64,000 nt of DNA. It comes from Sphingomonadales bacterium. Lineage in GTDB: Bacteria > Pseudomonadota > Alphaproteobacteria > Sphingomonadales > Sphingomonadaceae. Every line of letters starts with the position of its first letter. The first letter of the stretch is position 1. Below the pieces are notes generated by a model. The model searched no databases. It was not told where the DNA came from and saw only the letters and a list, made by a program, of their open reading frames with translations. The position numbers were made by a program, and so were the translations under genes. The stretch is from assembly GCA_031424175.1 (NCBI GenBank), contig JANPGY010000008.1, forward strand, positions 7,253-71,252. The letters are read 5' to 3'. Shown piece by piece: positions 20,353 through 30,409 of this stretch.

Positions 20353-21870
20353 ATGATCACGATCCACGAAGCCGATGTTATCGAAAGCGTCGCCGACGCA
20401 CTTCAGTACATCAGCTATTTCCATCCGATGGACTATATTCGCGCGCTGGGAGCCGCCTATGAGGCCGAGGAAAGTCCCGCCGCAAAGGATGCGATCGCAC
20501 AGATCCTCACAAACAGCCGGATGTGCGCCGAAGGGCACCGGCCCATCTGCCAGGATACCGGCATCGTCACCGTCTTCGTCAAATGGGGGCAGGACTGCCG
20601 CCTCGATTCGGAGCTTTCGCTCCAGAACGTCGTCGATGAGGGGGTGAGGCGCGCCTATCTTCATCACGAAAACAGGCTGCGCGCATCGATCGTCGCCGAT
20701 CCCGCCTTTGCCCGCATCAACACGCGCGACAATACGCCGAGCGTGCTTCATGTCGAAATGGTTCCCGGCGCACGCGTCGAAATCACCGTGGCGGCAAAGG
20801 GGGGCGGCAGCGAGAACAAGACCAAGTTCGCCATGCTCAATCCATCGGACAATATCGTCGACTGGGTGATCGACATGGTGCCGAAAATGGGCGCGGGCTG
20901 GTGCCCGCCGGGGATGCTCGGCATCGGTATCGGCGGAACCGCGGAAAAGGCCATGACGCTCGCCAAGGAAGCGCTGATGCAGGACATCGACATGGCATCG
21001 CTGAAGCACCGTGGCCCGTGGACCGACACCGAAAAGCTGCGGATCGAAATATTTGACAAGGTCAACGCGCTCGGCATCGGTGCGCAGGGGCTCGGCGGCC
21101 TCTCCACGATTCTCGACGTGAAGATCGAAAGCTGGCCGACGCACGCCGCCTCCAAGCCCGTCGCCATGATCCCGAACTGCGCCGCCACCCGCCATGCCCA
21201 CGTCACGCTTGATGGTAGCGGCCCCGCTTTCCTCGAGCCGCCCAAGCTCGACGACTGGCCTAGGATCGACTGGAAGCCCGACGCGCTTGCCAAACGGGTG
21301 GACCTCGATACGCTGACAGCGCAGATTGTGCAGGGCTGGCAGGCAGGGGACCGGCTGCTGCTCACCGGCAAAATGCTCACCGGGCGCGACGCGGCGCACA
21401 AGCGCATCGAAGACATGCTGGCGCGGGGCGAGCCGCTTCCGGTCGATTTCAACGGTCGCGTGATCTATTATGTCGGGCCGGTCGATCCGGTGGCGGGTGA
21501 AGTCGTCGGCCCCGCCGGCCCGACCACCGCGACGCGGATGGACAGGTTTTCAGACATGATGCTCGGACTCGGGCTTCTCGCCAGCGTGGGCAAGGCGGAA
21601 CGCGGGTCCGCTGCGACCGAAAGCATCGCGCGCCATGGCACCGCCTATCTGATGGCGGTGGGCGGTGCCGCCTATCTCGTCGCGCGCGCGATCAAGGCCT
21701 CGCGCATTGTCGCCTTTGCCGATCTCGGCATGGAAGCGATCTATGAGTTCACTGTCGAGGATATGCCGGTGACCGTTGCCGTCGATGCTCGTGGCACCAA
21801 CATCCACCAGACCGCTCCCGCACGATGGCGCCGCACGATCGCGGAGGGAAAGCAGGTTCCTGCCGATTGA
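20353..21870 (+). CDS. fumA: Class I (Fe-S) fumarate hydratase
   Basis: RPICQDTG, KGGGSENK, CPPG, GPTTATRMD, GKAERG. Confidence 0.93.
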   Translation: MITIHEADVIESVADALQYISYFHPMDYIRALGAAYEAEESPAAKDAIAQILTNSRMCAEGHRPICQDTGIVTVFVKWGQDCRLDSELSLQNVVDEGVRRAYLHHENRLRASIVADPAFARINTRDNTPSVLHVEMVPGARVEITVAAKGGGSENKTKFAMLNPSDNIVDWVIDMVPKMGAGWCPPGMLGIGIGGTAEKAMTLAKEALMQDIDMASLKHRGPWTDTEKLRIEIFDKVNALGIGAQGLGGLSTILDVKIESWPTHAASKPVAMIPNCAATRHAHVTLDGSGPAFLEPPKLDDWPRIDWKPDALAKRVDLDTLTAQIVQGWQAGDRLLLTGKMLTGRDAAHKRIEDMLARGEPLPVDFNGRVIYYVGPVDPVAGEVVGPAGPTTATRMDRFSDMMLGLGLLASVGKAERGSAATESIARHGTAYLMAVGGAAYLVARAIKASRIVAFADLGMEAIYEFTVEDMPVTVAVDARGTNIHQTAPARWRRTIAEGKQVPAD

Positions 21871-21907
21871 GCCTTTCCGGCGGTGCATCGGCGGTAGGCG
21901 AACCGAC

Positions 21908-23833
<1,926 letters not shown>

Positions 23834-23851
23834 TCACGGTGCGCGGGGCCA

Positions 23852-23945
23852 TTCCCTCCCTCCGCCCGTGTCAACGGGATCAGGTTCACGGGTTCGGCTG
23901 CTGTCGTCTCAGTCCCTGCCTGCGCAGGGACACCCCGGGGAGCAT
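23852..23945 (-). ncRNA. TPP riboswitch
   Basis: Minus strand GGGGTG...CTGAGA...ACCCGTGAACCTGATCCCGTTGACACGGGCGGAGGGA upstream of thiC. Confidence 0.95.
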
Positions 23946-24019
23946 TGTTTCTATCAGTCCCGCCCGGCGGGCGATAGGCGCAAAATACGCCCAGTGGTCA
24001 GCCAGTGGTCAGCCGGTGG

Positions 24020-24862
24020 TCAGAAGGTGTAGGCAAGCCCCGCGCCGGCGAAATATTGGGTCCGGTCGCGCACGACGGGAGACCGGGCGAAATCGGATAA
24101 CAGGCGCGATCCGCTGCCGATCATGAACAGCGACAGCCCCTTGCGCAAATCTCCGGTCAGCGAAAAATTCGCCAGCGCGCCAAGCGTCACATCCTTAAAC
24201 CCGCTGCCGATGGTATAAGCAGGCAAGCCGCTCGCGAGAAACTGGCGATTGTCGACGCCAAAGTAACGCTGGGCATAGCCGCGCCCGACATAGGTTGCTC
24301 CCGCGGAAACGCCGACGAAGACCTTGCGGCTCAGTGGCGTGCCGTAATTGACAGACGGCGTGACGATCAGGCTGTCATGGACGCTGCTCACATCATGAGC
24401 CGCGGCAAGATCGAAAGTGAGGTTATCATATGCCGACGTAATCACGCCGGTTCGCGAAAATCCGACATGAGCGCCAAGTTCGGCAGCGGGCGGTATCCGG
24501 CCGAGCGCGACGATCGCCGGATCGCGGGTTATCCTCCGGCTGCTGCGATTGAGGGTGAGACGCGCAACAGGCCCAAGGACGAATTTCCATCCGGTTCCAC
24601 CTGATGAGGGGACAAGATCGGTGAACAGCGCGGTTCCTGCCGTTGAGAAGGAAATGCCCGAAACCTTGCCGCGGACCGCGCCCGCGGGAATGAGCTGATA
24701 ATCGCCGGACCCTTCGTAACGCGGTGTCACCGCGGCACCCACGCCGATTGTCAGCGTATCGCGTGCCGCGGCCCCGGCAGCCTCAGGATCGGACGACGCA
24801 TCCTGCGCAAAAACAGGGTTGGCAAGGCAGAGCCCGGCAATCGCGGTCAGGCAACGCATCAT
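24020..24862 (-). CDS. MipA/OmpV family outer-membrane protein
   Basis: Signal peptide, GVGAAVTPRYEGS, alternating beta-strands, C-terminal YTF. Confidence 0.85.
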   Translation of the reverse strand: MMRCLTAIAGLCLANPVFAQDASSDPEAAGAAARDTLTIGVGAAVTPRYEGSGDYQLIPAGAVRGKVSGISFSTAGTALFTDLVPSSGGTGWKFVLGPVARLTLNRSSRRITRDPAIVALGRIPPAAELGAHVGFSRTGVITSAYDNLTFDLAAAHDVSSVHDSLIVTPSVNYGTPLSRKVFVGVSAGATYVGRGYAQRYFGVDNRQFLASGLPAYTIGSGFKDVTLGALANFSLTGDLRKGLSLFMIGSGSRLLSDFARSPVVRDRTQYFAGAGLAYTF

Positions 24863-24918
24863 CAGAATATCCCATTCATTTGGTTACGCATGCGCAACCG
24901 ATGAGCGCAGGATAGGTT

Positions 24919-25374
24919 TCAAAGCATGTATTTGACGCGGACCGATGTTCCCACCTGCATACCGCCCGAGACCGGGAATTGTGCCGCATCGAAGCGGGGC
25001 GGGCCAAAGCGGATGGCGGGATTGCGCGAAAACCCGAACCCCTCGCGCGGGATGCCGAACATGGTATCGAGCCTGTTGTTCCCATTTTCGTCATGAATCA
25101 GCGCAATGGCGTAATTGCCGGTGGGAAGGCCGGTGAATTTCAGGCCTGTTGCCGAGTCGGCGGCAACCCGCAGCCGTCGTGCCGCCGGATCGTCCTGACA
25201 GCCGGGGAAGTAGTCAGCGCGCATCGTCATGCAGACCAGCACCTGCCCTTTGGCCGAGCGAAGTCCGGTAACATCTGCATCGACCGAACCCGGGGGGGAG
25301 CCTGCGGCAAGCAGCGCGAAAGCCAGGCCGCCCGTGGCGATGCGAGAGATATTAGATGCGGACGTGCGACTCAT
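24919..25374 (-). CDS. DUF2141 domain secreted protein
   Basis: GLRSAKGQVLVC, YAIALIHDENGNNRLD, EGFGFSRNP, PPRFDAA. Confidence 0.85.
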   Translation of the reverse strand: MSRTSASNISRIATGGLAFALLAAGSPPGSVDADVTGLRSAKGQVLVCMTMRADYFPGCQDDPAARRLRVAADSATGLKFTGLPTGNYAIALIHDENGNNRLDTMFGIPREGFGFSRNPAIRFGPPRFDAAQFPVSGGMQVGTSVRVKYML

Positions 25375-25467
25375 GTCCCCCCCTTGGCCAAGGTTGTGCC
25401 GTTTGATCAGGTACACAACGTTAGGCCGACGATCCTAAACAAGCCGTTAACCACATTCCATACGCCT

Positions 25468-26190
25468 TTATCCGGTCGCGAACCGACCCAATCCGAGATC
25501 CGTACCACAGATGCGGTCCCAATGGCGAAAGTATAGCCCATAATTGCCACGATAGGCATCATGATGTTTTTGATGATGAGTCGCGGTAATCAGCCATTGT
25601 CCTGCAGCGCCATGTACAAGCGCGCGCGGAAACAATTCCCAGCCCATGTGGTTCGTGACGCCCATCACCGTCATTATGAAAAGAACGATGCCAAGCGCCG
25701 CGACATGGATGGGCAGTACAAAGACGAGTGCGGGAATCACGACCGCGCCGGTCAGCGCCTCGATCGGGTGAAAGCTCATTGCCGCCCATGCGGTCGGCGG
25801 GCGGCTTGCGTGGTGGACCGCATGGGCTCGCCTGAAAGCCCACGGTCTGTGCATCCAGCGGTGCGTCCAGTAAAACCAGCTGTCGTGCGCGAGAAGATAG
25901 AGCAGCACCGACGCGGGCAGATACCAGAGGGGATACGCGCCGACATCGGTGTAGATCAGCGTCCACCCGCGATTCTGCCAGCCCCAGGCGACGATGCCCG
26001 CCGGAACGCCGTAAATCGCGGCTGACGCGAGGCTCCATGCGATCTCACGGCGGATCTGCGGCCCCAGTCTTGCGTAGAGCCCGGGGCGGACATGCGCCGT
26101 CGCCAGCGCAAACGCGCCGCTTGCCAGAAGATAGCGCAGCCCTACGATGATCGTCATCGCAAAGGCGGACAGAAGAATTGCCGCGGGCAT
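25468..26190 (-). CDS. crtG: Carotenoid 2,2'-beta-hydroxylase (sterol desaturase family)
   Basis: His boxes HDSWFYWTHRWMH, HAVHH, THHQKHH, NYGLYFRHWD; resembles Brevundimonas CrtG as recalled; divergent from crtY. Confidence 0.8.
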   Translation of the reverse strand: MPAAILLSAFAMTIIVGLRYLLASGAFALATAHVRPGLYARLGPQIRREIAWSLASAAIYGVPAGIVAWGWQNRGWTLIYTDVGAYPLWYLPASVLLYLLAHDSWFYWTHRWMHRPWAFRRAHAVHHASRPPTAWAAMSFHPIEALTGAVVIPALVFVLPIHVAALGIVLFIMTVMGVTNHMGWELFPRALVHGAAGQWLITATHHQKHHDAYRGNYGLYFRHWDRICGTDLGLGRFATG

Positions 26191-26235
26191 GGCTGATGTC
26201 TAGTCGGTCACTCGCGTTGCCGCTAGGGCGTTTTC

Positions 26236-27381
26236 ATGACGGAAACCGATATCGCCATCGTTGGGGGCGGACTGGCCGGCGGGCTGACGGCCTATGCGCT
26301 GAGTGTAGCGCGGCCCGAGCTTTCGATACGGCTTATCGAGCCTGCGCCGGTGTTCGGCGGAAACCATATCTGGTCGTTCTTCGAAAGCGACATTGCGGAA
26401 CGCGACCGGTGGATCGTCGCGCCGTTCGTCTCGCACCGATGGCAGGGCTATGACGTGGCGTTTCCGGCGCATCGCCGGACGCTCGACGGCGTCTATCAAT
26501 CGATTCGATCCTCGTACTTCGACGCCAGGCTCCATGCGCTGCTTCCCGACGGCACGGCGGTACACGCCGGGGCGGTAGCGGTTTCGAAGTCGCGGGTCTC
26601 GCTGAACGATCAGACGCGCATCGATGCCAAGGGGGTGATCGATGCGCGCGGCGGTGCCGATTTCAGCCATCTGCAGGCGGGCTGGCAGAAGTTCGTCGGC
26701 CTCGAACTGCATACCGCAAGGCCTCACGGGGTCATTCGCCCGGTCGTCATGGATGCGACCGTCGAACAGATCGACGGCTATCGTTTCGTCTATGTGCTGC
26801 CGTTTGCCGACGACCGGCTGTTCATCGAGGATACCTATTACAGCGATACGCCGGGCTTCGACCGCGCGACGATCGAAGCGCGCGTGCTCGACTATGCGGC
26901 GGCGCATGGCTGGGATGTTGCCGGGATCATCCACCGGGAGGAGGGCTCGCTGCCGGTGACGATGGGCGGTGATTTCGACGCCTATTGGGCGTCCGGCGAC
27001 GGGGACGCGGGCCGGATCGGCGCGCGCGCGGCACTGTTTCATGCAACGACCGGCTTTTCGCTGCCCGATGCCGTGCGCACCGCCAGCGCGATCGCGAACC
27101 TGCCCGATCTTTCCGGCGATGCGCTTGCGAGGGCACTCGAAACACACGCGCGCGACGCCTGGGCGCGGGGCAGTTTCTATCGGCTGCTCGATCGCATGCT
27201 GTTCCGCGTTGCCGAGCCCGACAGGCGTTACAAGGTGCTCGAACGCTTTTATACCTTGCGCCCCGAATTGATTCAGCGCTTTTACGCGGGGCAGACGACG
27301 ATGTTTGACAAGATGCGGATCCTGGCCGGCAAGCCTCCAGTGCCGTTTTTCAAGGCGTTTACGGTATTGAAGGAGAGCTGA
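26236..27381 (+). CDS. crtY: Lycopene beta-cyclase
   Basis: GGGLAGG, GGNHIWSF, WQKFVG, VMDATVEQIDGYRFVY, IEDTYYS. Confidence 0.95.
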   Translation: MTETDIAIVGGGLAGGLTAYALSVARPELSIRLIEPAPVFGGNHIWSFFESDIAERDRWIVAPFVSHRWQGYDVAFPAHRRTLDGVYQSIRSSYFDARLHALLPDGTAVHAGAVAVSKSRVSLNDQTRIDAKGVIDARGGADFSHLQAGWQKFVGLELHTARPHGVIRPVVMDATVEQIDGYRFVYVLPFADDRLFIEDTYYSDTPGFDRATIEARVLDYAAAHGWDVAGIIHREEGSLPVTMGGDFDAYWASGDGDAGRIGARAALFHATTGFSLPDAVRTASAIANLPDLSGDALARALETHARDAWARGSFYRLLDRMLFRVAEPDRRYKVLERFYTLRPELIQRFYAGQTTMFDKMRILAGKPPVPFFKAFTVLKES

Positions 27382-27382
27382 G

Positions 27383-28864
27383 TTGAAGCGCGCGGCAGTG
27401 ATCGGGGCAGGTTTTGGCGGGCTTGCGCTCGCAATACGTCTCCAGTCGTCAGGAATTGAAACGACCGTCGTGGAAGCACGCGACAAGCCGGGCGGGCGCG
27501 GCTATTTCTGGAATCGCCAGGGTTTCATATTCGATGCGGGTCCGACGGTGGTAACCGATCCGCCCTGCCTCGAGGAACTCTGGGCGCTTTCGGGCCGCAG
27601 GATGGCCGATGATATCGAGCTGATGCCGGTGAAGCCGTTTTACCGGCTCAACTGGCCCGACGGCACCGAATATGATTATTCGAACGACGAAGAAGAACTG
27701 CGTGCGGAAATCCGCAGGATCGCGCCGGACGATCTGGCCGGCTATGAAAAGTTCCAGGAATATTCAAAGGGTGTCGAGCGCGAGGGCTATCAAAAGCTCG
27801 GCACGGTTGCCTTCCTCGACTTCACGACGATGATCAAGGCGGCACCTGCGCTGATGAAATATCAGGCGTGGCGCTCGGTTTATTCGATCGCATCGAAATA
27901 TGTGAAGAATGAAAAGCTGCGGCAGGCACTCTCGTTCCAGACGCTCCTTGTCGGCGGCAATCCGATGAGCACGAGTGCGATTTATGCGCTGATCCATACG
28001 ATCGAAAAGCGCGGCGGCGTATGGTTCGCCAAAGGCGGGACCAACCGGCTGGTCGCGGCGATGGTGACGCATTTCGAGCGGCTCGGCGGCACGCTGATGC
28101 TCGGCGATCCGGTCGACGAGATCGAAACGAAGGGCGACCGGACGGTTGCGGTGCGCACGAAATCGGGTGTCCGCGTCGAGGCGGATGCGGTTGCCACCAA
28201 CGGCGATCTGATGAATGCCTACAAGACGCTGCTGCGCAATCATCCGCGCGGGCAGAAGACCGCGAAATCACTGGCACGCAAGCGCTGGTCGCCGTCACTG
28301 TTCGTCGTGCATTTCGGCGTAAAGGGGCATTTCCCCGATATTGCGCACCATTCGATCCTGTTCGGGCCGCGCTTCAAGGGGCTGCTCGACGATATCTACA
28401 AGAACGGCACGGTGCCCGAAGATTTCTCGCTCTATCTGCACCACCCGACCGCGACCGATCCGGCGATGGCACCCGAAGGCTATTCGACATTCTATGTGCT
28501 CGCGCCCGTCGCCAATATGAAGAAATCGAAAGTCGACTGGGATGGTGACTTCGGCGAAAAATACAGGGATGCGATTCTCGATGAGGTCGAGCGGCGCGTG
28601 CTGCCCGGGCTGCGCGAGAATCTCGCGACCTGTTTCCACTATGCGCCGACCGATTTCGGGCGCGATCTCGCCGCGCATCAGGGCAGCGCGTTCAGCCTCG
28701 AGCCTGTCTTGTGGCAAAGCGCCTTCTTCCGCGCGCACAACCGCGATGACGTGATCGACAATCTTTATTTCGTCGGCGCGGGCACCCATCCCGGCGCGGG
28801 GATTCCGGGCGTCGTGGGCAGCGCCAAGGCGACGGCGCGGCTGATGATCGATGATCTGGCGTGA
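27383..28864 (+). CDS. crtI: Phytoene desaturase
   Basis: IGAGFGGLA, DKPGGR, FDAGPTV, GAGTHPGAGIPGV; TTG start. Confidence 0.96.
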   Translation: MKRAAVIGAGFGGLALAIRLQSSGIETTVVEARDKPGGRGYFWNRQGFIFDAGPTVVTDPPCLEELWALSGRRMADDIELMPVKPFYRLNWPDGTEYDYSNDEEELRAEIRRIAPDDLAGYEKFQEYSKGVEREGYQKLGTVAFLDFTTMIKAAPALMKYQAWRSVYSIASKYVKNEKLRQALSFQTLLVGGNPMSTSAIYALIHTIEKRGGVWFAKGGTNRLVAAMVTHFERLGGTLMLGDPVDEIETKGDRTVAVRTKSGVRVEADAVATNGDLMNAYKTLLRNHPRGQKTAKSLARKRWSPSLFVVHFGVKGHFPDIAHHSILFGPRFKGLLDDIYKNGTVPEDFSLYLHHPTATDPAMAPEGYSTFYVLAPVANMKKSKVDWDGDFGEKYRDAILDEVERRVLPGLRENLATCFHYAPTDFGRDLAAHQGSAFSLEPVLWQSAFFRAHNRDDVIDNLYFVGAGTHPGAGIPGVVGSAKATARLMIDDLA

Positions 28865-28901
28865 TGGCTCGGTGCGAAAACCCGGCACCGACGCGAAGCC
28901 G

Positions 28902-29483
28902 GTGAAACGCCTTGCCGTCTATTGCGGTTCGGCCTCCCCCGCCGATCCGGTTTATCGTGATGCCGCCCGCGCGGTCGGGCGGGCGCTTGCCGAACGCGGG
29001 ATCGGGATCGTCTACGGCGGCGGTCGGCTCGGGCTGATGGGCGCTCTCGCCGATGCGGCGCTCGCGGCAGGCGGTGACGTAATCGGCGTCATTCCAGGCG
29101 CGCTCGTCGCTGCCGAAGTCGCGCATCGGGGCTGCACCGAACTGCATATCGTGGAAACCATGCACGAGCGCAAAAGGCTGTTCACCGATCTGTCCGACGG
29201 GTTCATCGCGCTGCCGGGCGGCGTCGGCACGATGGACGAATTATGGGAAGCAGTGAGCTGGGCACAGCTCGGCTATCATGAAAAGCCGGTCGGGCTGCTG
29301 AACGTCGCCGGATTCTATGACGGGCTGATCCTGTTCAACCGGACGATGGTCGATGTCGGCTTTGTCCGTGCTCCACACGCCGGGATCCTGATCAGCGATG
29401 ACGATCTGGGTGCATTGCTCGCTAAAATGGCGGCGTATGAGCCGCATGACACGATTTTCCGGATGACCGCGGCGCGGCTATGA
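28902..29483 (+). CDS. LOG family nucleotide phosphoribohydrolase (TIGR00730)
   Basis: VYCGSAS, VYGGGRLGLMG, MHERK, PGGVGTMDE (PGGxGTxxE). Confidence 0.92.
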   Translation: MKRLAVYCGSASPADPVYRDAARAVGRALAERGIGIVYGGGRLGLMGALADAALAAGGDVIGVIPGALVAAEVAHRGCTELHIVETMHERKRLFTDLSDGFIALPGGVGTMDELWEAVSWAQLGYHEKPVGLLNVAGFYDGLILFNRTMVDVGFVRAPHAGILISDDDLGALLAKMAAYEPHDTIFRMTAARL

Positions 29484-30406
29484 ACCGTACCGAGCTTGTC
29501 GCGGCGGCGCATGCGTCGATCGCGCGCGGATCGAAATCGTTCAATCTTGCCTCGAAGCTTTTCGACCGGACGACGCGCGAACGGGCATGGCTGCTCTATA
29601 GCTGGTGCAGGCGGTGCGACGATATCGCCGATGGGCAGGATCACGGCGGTGAGCGGAAAGTGGTCGTCGATGCACAGGCGCGGCTGGGGACGATCCGGTT
29701 TCTGACCGACAGTGCGCTCAACGGGGTGGCGACGGGCGATCCGGCGTTCGATGCCATCGGCGTCGTCATGCGCGAGTGCCCGATCCCGCGCGCCTTTATC
29801 GACGATCATATCGCAGGTTTCGCGCTCGACAGTGAGAACTGGTATCCGCGCAGCGAAGACGATCTGCTGCGCTATTGCTATCATGTGGCGGGTGTCGTCG
29901 GCTGCATGATGGCGGTTGTCATGGGGATCGATCCCGCCGACGACGATACGCTCGATCGCGCCTGCGATCTGGGGCTCGCATTCCAGCTTTCGAACATTGC
30001 GCGCGATATTGCGGAAGATGACGCCGTGGGCCGCTGCTATCTGCCCCTCGACTGGCTCACGGCCGCAAATATGGGCCGGATTGACGCCATGCTTCCCAAG
30101 CACCGCCAGAGTCTTGCCGATATGGCGCGGCGGCTGGCCATGATGGTCGGCCGGTATGAGCAATCGGCACGGGGCGGTGCTCCTGCGCTGCCGTTCCGAT
30201 CACGCTGGGCGATCCTTTCGGCGACCAATATCTATGGCGCAATCGCCCGCGAGGTCGATCGCCTGGAAAATGCGGCGTGGGATCACCGTGTCGTCGTCTC
30301 GAAAAGTGCCAAGGCGGGGTTTGTCCTGACGGCGATGGGGCAGGCCTTTCGACCTGCCCCAAAGTCAGACCGCGTCGGGCTCTGGACCCGACCGCGCCTC
30401 TCCTGA
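29480..30406 (+). CDS. crtB: Phytoene synthase
   Basis: GSKSFNLAS, CRRCDD, YCYHVAGVVG, LAFQLSNIARDIAED. Confidence 0.95.
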   Translation: MNRTELVAAAHASIARGSKSFNLASKLFDRTTRERAWLLYSWCRRCDDIADGQDHGGERKVVVDAQARLGTIRFLTDSALNGVATGDPAFDAIGVVMRECPIPRAFIDDHIAGFALDSENWYPRSEDDLLRYCYHVAGVVGCMMAVVMGIDPADDDTLDRACDLGLAFQLSNIARDIAEDDAVGRCYLPLDWLTAANMGRIDAMLPKHRQSLADMARRLAMMVGRYEQSARGGAPALPFRSRWAILSATNIYGAIAREVDRLENAAWDHRVVVSKSAKAGFVLTAMGQAFRPAPKSDRVGLWTRPRLS

Positions 30407-30409
30407 CCG

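Noticed and set aside
25436-25450. CtrA site (TTAA-N7-TTTA, minus strand) upstream of DUF2141
   Set aside because: One mismatch in an 8-base signature and no biological support
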